A DNA stretch of 60,897 bases, counting the filler, from Dehalococcoidia bacterium (GTDB taxonomy: Bacteria; Chloroflexota; Dehalococcoidia; DSTF01; RBG-16-68-14): assembly GCA_040882355.1 (NCBI GenBank). It is 4 parts of 4 records of this genome, joined end to end, with 100 filler letters (N's around TTAATTAATTAA, not from the genome) between each part and the next. Parts side by side here need not be neighbours in the genome. Positions count along the whole stretch, not along the records: positions 1 to 19,340 come from JBBEBM010000045.1; 3 more parts are not named here. One strand, given 5' to 3'. The notes beneath the pieces are model-generated. The model saw only the letters and a program-made list of their open reading frames with translations. It made no database searches and was not told where the DNA came from. This document shows, piece by piece, positions 1 through 9,261 of this stretch. Position 1 is the first letter of the stretch; every line of letters begins with the position of its first letter. A program made the translations under genes and the position numbers.

Positions 1-63
1 AAGGCGCTCCGCAAGCTGCGCCACCCCTCGCGCAGCAAGAAGCTCAAGGACTACCTGGAGTAA
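1..63 (+). CDS. rpoD: RNA polymerase primary sigma-70 factor, C-terminal end only (5' truncated)
   Basis: Frame 1 reads KALRKLRHPSRSKKLKDYLE*, the conserved region 4.2 C-terminus of RpoD/SigA. Confidence 0.93.
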   Translation, partial: KALRKLRHPSRSKKLKDYLE

Positions 64-78
64 CCGAACCCAGAACCC

Positions 79-225
79 AGCAGGGTGCTGAAAGGGCCTG
101 AGGACCAACGTAGTTCGTTCCCACCCACCCCCCCAGCGGTGTTGGAGTGAATCTGGGGGGACACCCCCCAGACCCCCCGGCAGGGGGCAGCGCCCCCTGC
201 ACCCCCGGTTCTCAGCAGCCAGCTA
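79..225. repeat. Dispersed intergenic palindromic repeat (MITE/REP-like), copy 1
   Basis: Shares ttcgttcccacccaccc, gaatctgggg(g)gacacc and cagggggcagcgcc..tgcaccc blocks with 1732-1860; internal hairpins; between convergent genes. Confidence 0.7.
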
Positions 226-273
226 GAACCAGAACCCCGTGGCGCCAGAAGGTCCGTGGTTCTGGGTTCTGTC

Positions 274-1419
274 CTAGTACCACTTCCAGAGCCAGTAGCG
301 TTCGAAGGCGACTTTGCCCCAGTGCCAGACGGGACTGGGCGGTCGCAGGGTGATGTGCCGCGGGTGGGCGTAGAAGTCGCCCTGAGCCATGCCGGCTGAG
401 CCGCCGCCCGCCTCCAGGAAGCAGTAGCCGCGGCCGTCGAAGCGCTCGCGGCGGGCGTGGCCCATGATCCGCGCGGCGATGTTCCGCGCGACGACCTCGG
501 CCTGGCCGTGCGCGAAGACGCCGGCCTTGGGCAGGGCGAGGCCGTCGGGAAGCGGGATGCGGGTCACGTCGCCGATGGCGAAGACGTTCTCGTGCTTGGT
601 CTCCAGCGTGTACTGGTCGACGGCGATCCAGCCCTCCTTGTTTGTCAGGCCCGACTTCACGACGACCTCCGGCGCCTTGTGCGGCGGGATCGCGATCAGC
701 AGGTCGTAGGGCTCTGGAGGGCCGTCCTTGAAGCGCATCTCCCCCTCTTCGATCGCCTTGAGCTGTTTATCGCCGTAGAAGGCGATCCCCTTATGGGCCA
801 TCATCTCTTGGACGGCCTCGCCCGCAGGGACGCCCGCGACGGGCATAGGGTGCGGCTCCGGCGTGTAGATGGCGATCTCCACCTTGTGCCGGATGTGGCG
901 GCTGTGGAAGTAGCCCTCCAGCAGCATCGCCCCTTCAAAGGGGGCCGCCGGGCACTTGTAGGGCAGGCCGGCCATGGTGATGGCGATGCGTCCCCCCGGA
1001 AACGAAGCGACGGCGTCGCGCAGGCGCTCGGCGCCATCAAGGTGGTAATAGCCGTGCGCTTCGGCGAGGCCGGGCACGGCGTTGAAGTCGAGGTCAGCGC
1101 CGAGCGCGATAATCAGGTAATCGTAGCTGATCTCACGCCCATCGACGGCGACCGTGCGGGCCTTGACGTCGATGCCCTTGATCTCCTCCGCCACGACCTC
1201 GATGCCCTTGCGCTCGAGGCGCGTGATGTCGCGGGTGATGGTGTCGGCCCGGCGCTCGCCGGTCATCACCCAGAGATACGAGGGCGGGAACGACTGAAGC
1301 GTGCTGCGCTCGACTAGGACGATACGGGCGGAGTCGGTCTTGAGCCTGGTGTGCAGCTCGGTAGCCGCGACGACGCCGCCGACGCCTCCGCCCAGCACCA
1401 CGATGGTCTGTTCGGCCAA
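274..1419 (-). CDS. FAD-dependent oxidoreductase, sulfide:quinone oxidoreductase/flavocytochrome c sulfide dehydrogenase-like
   Basis: GGGVGG Rossmann motif, YKCPAAP, VFAIGD and LPKAGVFA motifs; TTG start chosen after an AGGAGG RBS (ORF track starts at 1437). Confidence 0.85.
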   Translation of the reverse strand: MAEQTIVVLGGGVGGVVAATELHTRLKTDSARIVLVERSTLQSFPPSYLWVMTGERRADTITRDITRLERKGIEVVAEEIKGIDVKARTVAVDGREISYDYLIIALGADLDFNAVPGLAEAHGYYHLDGAERLRDAVASFPGGRIAITMAGLPYKCPAAPFEGAMLLEGYFHSRHIRHKVEIAIYTPEPHPMPVAGVPAGEAVQEMMAHKGIAFYGDKQLKAIEEGEMRFKDGPPEPYDLLIAIPPHKAPEVVVKSGLTNKEGWIAVDQYTLETKHENVFAIGDVTRIPLPDGLALPKAGVFAHGQAEVVARNIAARIMGHARRERFDGRGYCFLEAGGGSAGMAQGDFYAHPRHITLRPPSPVWHWGKVAFERYWLWKWY

Positions 1420-1500
1420 AGTTCGCCTCCTGCTCACAACGGAAGTCTGGCTGGGGACAAGTCTGCTACCATTCTAGCGCACAAGGAGGCGATGAATTCG

Positions 1501-1734
1501 ATGCCCGTGTACGAATACCACTGCCGGAAGTGTGGCACAACCTTCGAGCTGCTGCGGCCGATGAGCCGCTCAACGGATCTCGCGAAGTGCCCGTCCGGGC
1601 ACCCGGGCGCGGGGCGGGTGGTTTCCGTCTTCGCGGCTCGCACGGGAGGGGGCGACGGCTTCGAGGAGGCGAGCCTCGGCGGTGGCGGGTGCGGCGGCTG
1701 CGCGGGCGGCGCCTGCGCCTGCGGCGGGCACTAG
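1501..1734 (+). CDS. FmdB-family zinc-ribbon protein
   Basis: MPVYEYHCRKCG...FE...CPSGH with a Gly/Cys-rich tail; RBS aaggagg upstream. Confidence 0.85.
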   Translation: MPVYEYHCRKCGTTFELLRPMSRSTDLAKCPSGHPGAGRVVSVFAARTGGGDGFEEASLGGGGCGGCAGGACACGGH

Positions 1735-1860
1735 CAGGTCAGGCTTAAAGGAGCCCAAGAACCAGCGTCATTCGTTCCCACCCACCCGCCCAGGGTTCTT
1801 TGCGCGAATCTGGGGGACACCAGGGGGCAGCGCCTGCACCCGCTTCTTGAGAAGGGCTAG
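1732..1860. repeat. Dispersed intergenic palindromic repeat, degenerate copy 2
   Basis: 17-bp identity ttcgttcccacccaccc (1771-1787 vs 114-130) plus further collinear blocks shared with 79-225. Confidence 0.7.
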
Positions 1861-2582
1861 GCCTGTACGTGCGACGCAAGGAAGGTCGGGACGGTGGTAG
1901 GGCGAACGAAGCGCAGGTAGACGGCGGCGGCGAGCGTGAGCGCGCCGAGCTCCGCCAGCGTGGCGATGCCGACCCAGACGCTCAGGTCGCGCCAGAAGTT
2001 CTCCGGGAACATCTGGATCAGGTGGTCCGTGTCGGGATCGAGGCGCCAGAGGTCGTTGTCGAACGCGATGAGGTGGAAGCGCTCGAACGCGGCGTCGAAG
2101 CCGGTGACGGCGACCAAGCCGACCACGCCGATCACCAGCAGGCCCGCGATCCCGGATATGACAAGTTGCTTCGCCAGCGTCCGCAGGCTCCCCTCGCGGG
2201 CCCAGATGAAGACGGCGACGATATAGGCCAGCGCGAAGATCACGGCGCCCTCCTGGACGCGGAAGGCGGTCTGGAAGAGGTCTTTGACGTCGCGGAGGTG
2301 AGCGGTCTCCCGGGGGTTGAAGAGCGAAATGAGCTGGCTGTCCTGGGTCGTCACCTGGACGAAGATCGTCTCTTCGCCGTTGTTGAAGTAGTCGCGTAGC
2401 TCGCCGCTGGCGCGCAGCAATTCGTCACGGTCGATGCCGGTTGTCTCTGTCGTATCGTAATGATCCGTAGCGTATTCGTAGACGCGGGGCTCGTTGGCGG
2501 CGATGCGGACGCTGGTGGTGACGAGAGCGACGGGTACGGCGATGACGAAGAGGAGGCTGGCGATGAAGCGAACGATTCCCAA
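1857..2582 (-). CDS. Integral membrane protein, TIGR01906/DUF1461-like
   Basis: RETAHLRDVK, FxxFHxxxFxNDLW and LIQMFPENFW motifs; about 4 TM segments; TTG start after GGGAGG. Confidence 0.8.
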   Translation of the reverse strand: MGIVRFIASLLFVIAVPVALVTTSVRIAANEPRVYEYATDHYDTTETTGIDRDELLRASGELRDYFNNGEETIFVQVTTQDSQLISLFNPRETAHLRDVKDLFQTAFRVQEGAVIFALAYIVAVFIWAREGSLRTLAKQLVISGIAGLLVIGVVGLVAVTGFDAAFERFHLIAFDNDLWRLDPDTDHLIQMFPENFWRDLSVWVGIATLAELGALTLAAAVYLRFVRPTTVPTFLASHVQA

Positions 2583-2774
2583 ACAGTCCTCCCGTGACGG
2601 ATCACGGCTGGCATAGCCATCGTAAGAAGCGGAACGGGCAGTGTCAAGGACAGCAGAACGCCCGTGCGATGGGGAACTTCTCGACGCTGTCCGGCGTCCT
2701 ATAGGCAAGACGGACCTTGCGTGCTATGATGAAGCCCGCCCTATGCGGGGCGAGTGCGGACTGGGGGGATACGT

Positions 2775-5543
2775 GTGAGGTCGAACGTCTGGCGGTGGCT
2801 CGCTCCGGCAACAGGGCCGCTGGCGGTGCTGCTTACGCTGCTTGGCATCTTCGTCTGGCATCCGGGCATCGCCCAGGCAGCTCCTGTGCTCTCGTTCGAG
2901 GGCTCCTGCGCGCCCGATCCGGTTCGCCCGGCAGCAGCGGCGCTCATCACCTGCACAATTAGCGTGACGAACACGGGCGACGCGCCCGCCTTGAACCTGG
3001 CTGCCCAGCCGAGCGCGCCCAGCGCGCCGTGCGCCATCGCTTCGCCTATCTACATCGACCGGACGATCAACGGCGTGTCGGTGCCCGCCTCCGGCACGCG
3101 TTACGACCTGGGCAACCTAGCGCCGCAAGCGAACGTGACATCGGTAACGCGCCTGGCGATCATCAATCAAGGATCGGGCGCCAAGGGCACGAAGGTCACC
3201 GTCTTCTCGCAAGCCGAGCCTTCGGTCCAGGCGAGCGGCAACCTCTGCTGGACCGTCGACGCGTCCAGTACTGAGCCGTCGTTCCGGATGGAGGTGACGA
3301 AGACGCCGGTCAACGCAGGTGGCTGCTTCACCCCACCGATCAGCTCGCCGGCCACGCTGCAGTCCAGGGCACACCGGGCCTTCGAGGAGCGGCGCGCGGA
3401 ACTCCTCGCCCAGCCGATCGGCAGGCCGGAGCCGCAGGGCTTCTTCGGCTGCCCGCCTCCGCCCCGCCCGGACTATGGCGGTCCGGTACCGGTCAGCCCG
3501 CCCGACCCGACGCCGGGACTCGTCGACTTTGAGATCAAGGTGACCAACATGAGCGGGCCGGCCGTGCTCGACATCTCCGTGCTCGACGTCGAGACGGGCA
3601 GCGGCGTCTTCGTTGAGTCGGACCCGCCGCCGACTGGCAGCGACTTCCTGGGCCGGCCCATGTGGGACGTAGGGACGCTCGATCAAGGTGAGGAGTACCG
3701 CATCGTCGCCAGCTACGGTGCGCAGCAGCAGGACCGCTGCCTGATGGCGTATGACGTGGCGATCGTCACCAGCACGCCGAAGGGCGGCGGCGCGGAGAAC
3801 TACGCGGCGTTCCCGGGCAGCGGCCAGCAGGTAGGCAACTGCGAGGGCGGCGGCGACTCGGAGCTCTGCTGGCACTACCCGCCCGAAGACCAGGGCTTCG
3901 CATACACGGAGCGCTGCGATGAGGAGGTCTGCTGGGTCCTGTTCGATTTTGGCGGCGGTGAAGTGTTCTGGGAACGCCACTTCGGCAGTTGTGACGAGGA
4001 GGTCTGTCGCTTCATGCCTCCAGAGGGCGGCGAAGGTGGCTTCGAACCCATTAGCTCGTGCGACCCGCCCCTGTGCTGGGTCCCGCACGGCGCGATCGAC
4101 TCGTACCACTACGACGCGAGTGCCTGCGGGAGCGGGACCTGCCTGCACACGGCCCCCGACGGCAGCACATCCAATTATCAGCCCTGCGACTTCCCGATCT
4201 GCTGGACGATGCCGCCGGGGTCGAGCGCCTGGGAACTTCGTATGTTCGAGCAGTGCGAAGTGGAGAACCCTTGTTGGTTCATGCCACCCGGCAAGGGTGA
4301 GCCGGCCCTTAGCGAATGCGATCTGGATGTCAGCGAGGTCTGCTGGTCGACGGATTTCTTTGGGGGATTTGAAGAAGGCGGGCCGACGCCGGCCGCCCTT
4401 GACGGGCCGGTGTTGCTGAACGCAGGTGACCCGTACTTCACCCTGCCCTGCGGATTCTCGTTCTGCGAGTACACCGCGCCTGACGGCGTCACTACCGCCA
4501 ACGGCGACTGCGATCAGGAGCTCTGCTGGTCAATGCCACCCGGCGGCGGCGACTGGCAGAACACGTTCAGTTGCGATTTCGACTTCTGCTGGTACACGCC
4601 GACAGGCGGTGGGAACTCGTTCCTCGAAGCGTGCGGCATCGACCTCTGCTTCCTGAGCGTGCCAGCCGGCGCCCTGGACGCGTTGCTCTATTTCGGCGAG
4701 TTCTTCTTCTACGAGCTTTCGCCGATCCCCATCGACTGCGACTTCGGTGAAGAGCTCTGCTGGTCGGTGCCACCCGTGGAGAAGGGCGCCTTTGTCGCGG
4801 CGCTGTCCTACTGCACGGAAGCGGAGTCGGTTTGCTGGGGCGCGCCGCCGAACGACACGGCCGACTGGCCCGTCGAATGCGGTACAACGTTCTGCTGGAC
4901 GGCGTGGCCCGCCGACTTCCCCGATCCTGCCGAGCGCGGCCTCTCGCCCGACCAGCTCGTCGATGGTCCCTGCCCGCCGGAGGACCCGGGCGAGACGGGC
5001 CAAACAGGATCGTCTGCGGTAGCCGAAGGAGAGCCTGCACTGAGCGAGCCCGCCGAACTGGAAGAGAGCCAATCGGTGGAGGAGCTTTTCCCGGAGCCGA
5101 GCATGAGCAAGACGCCGGCGACGTTCAGCGACGGCACGAACGAGTCCGTCGACGCGGTGCCGAGCAGCGACTCCGTCCCGGTGGAGATCTACCGGCCGGA
5201 CCTGGTGGACTATGACGGTGACGGCTGCAACAATCTGCGCGAGCGCGGCTTCAGCGCCCTCGCCGGCGGGCTTCGCGACCCCGACAACGTGTGGGACTTC
5301 TTCGACACGCCGGGGCCGGGCAACTCTCGCGACGGCTCGATCACCGCCGCCGACATCGCCCGCGTCGTCCAGCGCTTCGGGGGCAGCGGCAACCCGGCGA
5401 TGGACCCGCTCTCGATGCCGCCGGCGCCGCCCGCGTACCACACCGCATTCGACCACATGCCAGCCGGCGCTGGAGCGGACGGCGCCATCACCACGCAGGA
5501 CATCGCGGTAGCGGTCGGGCAGTTCGGCAACACCTGCTTGTAG
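2775..5543 (+). CDS. Large secreted surface protein: Ig-like (DUF11-like) domains, ~15 Cys/Trp repeats, C-terminal dockerin-like ('flexitail'-type) tail
   Basis: Signal peptide ending AQA; ITCTISVTNTG and FEIKVTN Ig-like strands; CW..PP..GG..C repeats; DYDGDGC..GGLRDP..WDFFD..QFGNTC tail. Confidence 0.8.
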   Translation: MRSNVWRWLAPATGPLAVLLTLLGIFVWHPGIAQAAPVLSFEGSCAPDPVRPAAAALITCTISVTNTGDAPALNLAAQPSAPSAPCAIASPIYIDRTINGVSVPASGTRYDLGNLAPQANVTSVTRLAIINQGSGAKGTKVTVFSQAEPSVQASGNLCWTVDASSTEPSFRMEVTKTPVNAGGCFTPPISSPATLQSRAHRAFEERRAELLAQPIGRPEPQGFFGCPPPPRPDYGGPVPVSPPDPTPGLVDFEIKVTNMSGPAVLDISVLDVETGSGVFVESDPPPTGSDFLGRPMWDVGTLDQGEEYRIVASYGAQQQDRCLMAYDVAIVTSTPKGGGAENYAAFPGSGQQVGNCEGGGDSELCWHYPPEDQGFAYTERCDEEVCWVLFDFGGGEVFWERHFGSCDEEVCRFMPPEGGEGGFEPISSCDPPLCWVPHGAIDSYHYDASACGSGTCLHTAPDGSTSNYQPCDFPICWTMPPGSSAWELRMFEQCEVENPCWFMPPGKGEPALSECDLDVSEVCWSTDFFGGFEEGGPTPAALDGPVLLNAGDPYFTLPCGFSFCEYTAPDGVTTANGDCDQELCWSMPPGGGDWQNTFSCDFDFCWYTPTGGGNSFLEACGIDLCFLSVPAGALDALLYFGEFFFYELSPIPIDCDFGEELCWSVPPVEKGAFVAALSYCTEAESVCWGAPPNDTADWPVECGTTFCWTAWPADFPDPAERGLSPDQLVDGPCPPEDPGETGQTGSSAVAEGEPALSEPAELEESQSVEELFPEPSMSKTPATFSDGTNESVDAVPSSDSVPVEIYRPDLVDYDGDGCNNLRERGFSALAGGLRDPDNVWDFFDTPGPGNSRDGSITAADIARVVQRFGGSGNPAMDPLSMPPAPPAYHTAFDHMPAGAGADGAITTQDIAVAVGQFGNTCL

Positions 5544-5602
5544 GCCCTGAGCGCCAGATGCTACACTTTCGTCGCTGAAGCTCATTCAGCGGGAGGTTCG
5601 TC

Positions 5603-6202
5603 ATGGCACAGCAGATGGAGAGCGTGGTCACGCCGGAACGTTTCGCGCAGGGCCTATCGTACGACAAGTGGTTCGAAGGTATCGAAACGAACCAGGACCG
5701 CTTCACGGAGAACTACGAGGAGTTCAAGCTCTCGGAGGAGGACGCCGCCGCCTTCAAGGCACTCGTAGCGAGGCCGGACGGCCCGGCGAAGTGCCTGGCG
5801 CTGGGCGAGGCCTGGTGCCCGGACGTCTTCCGCGGCCTGCCGGTGATCGCGAAGATCGCCGAGGCATCGGGCATGGAGCTGCGGGTCTTCTTCCGCGACC
5901 AGAACAAGGACATCATGGCGGAGTTCCTCAATCACGGCGAGCACGAATCGATCCCGACTCTCGTCTTCTACACGCGCGACCATCGCTGCATCGGGCACTG
6001 GATCGAGCGCGCGGCGCTCGCGAACGAGGAGATGCCGAAGCTGCGCGAGCTGACGGCTCCCTTGCGAAACCCGGACCTGCCCGCGGAGGAGCGCCAGAAC
6101 TACATCAAGGCCTACGCTGAGTTCCAGCACGGCCCGGTCTGGGACGGCTGGCGGCACGCCCAGGTGCGCGAGATCCGGGAGATGCTGGAGCAGCGTAGCT
6201 AG
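5603..6202 (+). CDS. Thioredoxin-fold protein (Thioredoxin_9-like, monothiol WCPDV)
   Basis: GEAWCPDV active-site-like motif and SIPT cis-Pro loop; RBS gggagg. Confidence 0.8.
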   Translation: MAQQMESVVTPERFAQGLSYDKWFEGIETNQDRFTENYEEFKLSEEDAAAFKALVARPDGPAKCLALGEAWCPDVFRGLPVIAKIAEASGMELRVFFRDQNKDIMAEFLNHGEHESIPTLVFYTRDHRCIGHWIERAALANEEMPKLRELTAPLRNPDLPAEERQNYIKAYAEFQHGPVWDGWRHAQVREIREMLEQRS

Positions 6203-6280
6203 CCCATCGCGAAGACGCAGAGCCCCGGGCCGGGCGCTGTGAGAGGCGTCCGGCCCGTTCACGTTGAGGAGGACGTTCCG

Positions 6281-7186
6281 ATGACACAGATGCCCGCGGT
6301 CAGCCTTGCCGCCGTGCCCGGCAGGAGGCAGAGGACGCTGGAGCTGGCGCAAGAGATTGAACGGCGCGGGTTTTCCGGCATCTACTGTCCCAGCTTCGGC
6401 GACGGCATGGGGCTCTGCCTCGCGCTGGCACTGAGCACGAACGAGATCCGCTTCGGCACGTCGATCGCGAACATCTACACGCGCCACCCGAACGACTTCG
6501 CCGCCAGCGCGTCGACGATCCACGAGCTGAGCGGCGGGCGTTTCGTCTTCGGCGTGGGCGTCAGTCACGCCCCGGCGCACGCGCAGCTCGGCGTGCAGCC
6601 GGGCAAGCCGCTGAGCGACATGCGCGCGTTCGTCGAGCGGCTGCGCGCCGCGCCCGGGGCGGGCGACCTCCCGCCAGTCGTGCTGGCGACGCTACGCAAG
6701 CGCATGGTGCGGCTCGCGGTGGAGGTCGCGGAGGGCATCGTCTGGGCGAACGGCGCTCGCTCGCACATGGCGGACTCGCTGGCCGAGCTGCCGGCCGAGA
6801 AGCGCGACTCGGACGACTTCTTCATCGGCTGCATGATCCCGACCTGCATCTCGGACGACAAGGCGGCAGCGGCGGCGGTGATGCGCAGGACGCTGATCGG
6901 CTACGCGATGCTGCCCAACTACAACAACTACTGGATCGAGGCCGGCTACGCCGACGAGATGGCGTCGATCCGTCAGGCGGCCAAGGCGGGTGACCGCGAT
7001 CGCATCCCTTCGGTGATGAGCGACCGCTGGCTTGCCGACGTCACCCTCTTCGGCAGCGCCGCTGAGGTGCGGGAGGGCGTCGAGGCGTGGCAGGCGGCCG
7101 GCGTGCGCACGCCGATCCTGGTGCCTTCATCGATAGAGGGCGGCCAGATGCGCGCCTTCGAAGAGCTGTTCGCCGCGTTCGCTTAG
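6281..7186 (+). CDS. LLM-class (luciferase-like) flavin/F420-dependent oxidoreductase
   Basis: IRFGTSIANIYTRHP and LSGGRFVFGVGVSH motifs; ATG after gaggagg. Confidence 0.88.
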   Translation: MTQMPAVSLAAVPGRRQRTLELAQEIERRGFSGIYCPSFGDGMGLCLALALSTNEIRFGTSIANIYTRHPNDFAASASTIHELSGGRFVFGVGVSHAPAHAQLGVQPGKPLSDMRAFVERLRAAPGAGDLPPVVLATLRKRMVRLAVEVAEGIVWANGARSHMADSLAELPAEKRDSDDFFIGCMIPTCISDDKAAAAAVMRRTLIGYAMLPNYNNYWIEAGYADEMASIRQAAKAGDRDRIPSVMSDRWLADVTLFGSAAEVREGVEAWQAAGVRTPILVPSSIEGGQMRAFEELFAAFA

Positions 7187-7196
7187 GAGGCATAGC

Positions 7197-7808
7197 ATGA
7201 CGACACGCCTACTCGCCTTACCGCTCATCGTTGGCGCGTTTCTCCTCGTCGCCGCCTGCGACGACGGCGACGAAACGACGGACGCGACACCGACATCAAG
7301 CGTCCCGACGGCAACCAGCGTTGCAACCACGCCGACGGCGCCCGGCGGCACCGCCAACCCCACCGCAGCCTTCGAGGGCACGCGTGGGCCGGTGGAGCAG
7401 ACGGGCGCCGTCGCGCCGCCGATGCCGTTGCTCATGAAGGTACGCACTGGCGAGCACGAAGGCTACGACCGGATCACGTTCGAGTTCGAGGGCGAGCGGC
7501 CGGGCTACCGCGTCGAGTACGTGCAACCGCCGATCACGGAGGATCCGTCGGACCTGCCGGTGGAGGTCGCGGGCGTCGCGTTCCTCAGGATCCGGCTGGA
7601 ATCGGCCTCCGCCCACGACGAAGCCGGCGCACAGACCGTGGACGTCCGCGAGATCATGGCCGGGCTGCCCAGCCTCCTGGGAGCCGAACAGATCGGCGAC
7701 TTTGAGGGCGTGGTCAACTGGGTGCTGGGCCTGTCGGAGGAGGTCGACTTCAGGGTCGGCGTGCTCGACAGCCCGAACCGCATCTACATCGACGTCCTGC
7801 ACCCCTGA
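7197..7808 (+). CDS. Lipoprotein with AMIN-like C-terminal domain
   Basis: Lipobox LVAAC, Thr/Pro linker, then VRTGEHEGYDRITFEF...GDFEG..WVLG..P.RIYID. Confidence 0.8.
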   Translation: MTTRLLALPLIVGAFLLVAACDDGDETTDATPTSSVPTATSVATTPTAPGGTANPTAAFEGTRGPVEQTGAVAPPMPLLMKVRTGEHEGYDRITFEFEGERPGYRVEYVQPPITEDPSDLPVEVAGVAFLRIRLESASAHDEAGAQTVDVREIMAGLPSLLGAEQIGDFEGVVNWVLGLSEEVDFRVGVLDSPNRIYIDVLHP

Positions 7809-7815
7809 CGCACGC

Positions 7816-8235
7816 ATGCCCCCTCGTTACGAGCCGCTGGAGCACACCGCCGAGGCGGGCGTGATCGCGCGCGGTGCGACGCTGGCGGAGGCGTTCGCGA
7901 ACGCGGCGGAGGGCATGTACGCGCTGGTGCTCGAGCTGGAGGGTATCGAGGAGCGCGAGACCCGCGAGATTACGCTCGAGGGCGAGAGCCTGGAGGCGCT
8001 GCTGGTTGACTGGCTGCAGGAGCTGGTCTTCGTCACGGAGACGGAAGGCCTGGTCTTCCGCCGCTTCGAGGTCGAGATGTCGGACGGGAAGCTGCGCGCC
8101 CGCGCGTGGGGCGAGCCGTTCGACGAGGATCGGCACGTCACGCACAACGTGATGGTGAAGGCGGTGACCCGGCACATGCTGGAGATCGGCCGGGAAGACG
8201 GCGGCTATCGCGTCCAGGTGCTGTTCGACATCTAG
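7816..8235 (+). CDS. Archease
   Basis: EHTAE N-terminal motif, VKAVT.H and terminal FDI. Confidence 0.9.
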   Translation: MPPRYEPLEHTAEAGVIARGATLAEAFANAAEGMYALVLELEGIEERETREITLEGESLEALLVDWLQELVFVTETEGLVFRRFEVEMSDGKLRARAWGEPFDEDRHVTHNVMVKAVTRHMLEIGREDGGYRVQVLFDI

Positions 8236-8296
8236 CGGCGAGCCGCGTCGATAGCGTATGCTGCTGGGCAGCGCCCGCGACTGGAGAACATCGACG

Positions 8297-8791
8297 ATGC
8301 CCGAGTACGCGCCCCTGGAGATCACGCCCATCTGGGCGCTCGTAAACGAGGAGTTGATCGAGCTGGTCGATCTCCTGTCTGATGACCAGCTTGACTGGAG
8401 CCCCAGGCCCGATCTCTGGAACTCCAAGGGCATCCTGCTCCACGTCGTGTTCGGGCGGCATGGGATGATGGGCGGCGCCGTCCAGGACGGCAAGGACATG
8501 CCGAATGTGCTCGCGCTCGGCCAGACAAAGCAGGGTCTGAGGGAGCAGCTCCGCTTCTCCTGGCAGCGCATGGACCCGTTCCTCCGCGATCCGGAGGCGC
8601 TGGCCCGTGAGTATGAGGCGCAGGTCCTCAGCGAGCAAGGCCGGCTTACGGGCCATGCGCTTGCGTTCGGGCAGCTTGAGCACGACATCCACCACCGCGC
8701 CGACATCCTCCACTACTTCCGCGAGCTCGGCATCTCGCACGGCGAGCCCGACACCCTGGAACGAATTCTTCGACAGCAGGTCAAGCGATGA
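8297..8791 (+). CDS. DinB-family protein (paralog 1)
   Basis: LDWSP...WN.KGILLH and EHDIHHRA metal-binding His motif. Confidence 0.85.
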   Translation: MPEYAPLEITPIWALVNEELIELVDLLSDDQLDWSPRPDLWNSKGILLHVVFGRHGMMGGAVQDGKDMPNVLALGQTKQGLREQLRFSWQRMDPFLRDPEALAREYEAQVLSEQGRLTGHALAFGQLEHDIHHRADILHYFRELGISHGEPDTLERILRQQVKR

Positions 8792-9261
8792 GCGAGACGA
8801 CGTATCCACCTCTTGACATCGCGTCGGAATACGCGAGGGTCACCGACCACCTGATCTCGCTGGTCGACTGCGTCCCGGACGACAAGCTGGAGTGGAGCCC
8901 GAAGCCAGAGCTGTGGAACTTGAAGGGCATCCTCCTCCACGTCGCGTGGGCGCGGCACGGCTGGCTGGGGTTCACGGTGCAAGACGGCGAGACGAGCCCA
9001 GATGTGCTGCGGGCAGGTCAGACGCGCGACGGGCTGAAGGAGCAGCTCCGGCTCTCCGGCGAGCGGCTCCAGCGCTTCCTGGCTGATCCCGGGAAGCTGG
9101 CCGGCACGTACGAGGACACGGACGAAGAGGGTGCGACGAGAACGGTCACCGGGCACTGGGTGGCGTATCACCTCCTGGAACACGACATCCACCATCGCGC
9201 GAACGTCTTCGACTACCTGGCGCTGCTCGGCATCGAGCACCCCCAGATCGAGACGCCATGA
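8788..9261 (+). CDS. DinB-family protein (paralog 2)
   Basis: Same motifs as paralog 1; ATGA overlap with it. Confidence 0.85.
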   Translation: MSETTYPPLDIASEYARVTDHLISLVDCVPDDKLEWSPKPELWNLKGILLHVAWARHGWLGFTVQDGETSPDVLRAGQTRDGLKEQLRLSGERLQRFLADPGKLAGTYEDTDEEGATRTVTGHWVAYHLLEHDIHHRANVFDYLALLGIEHPQIETP

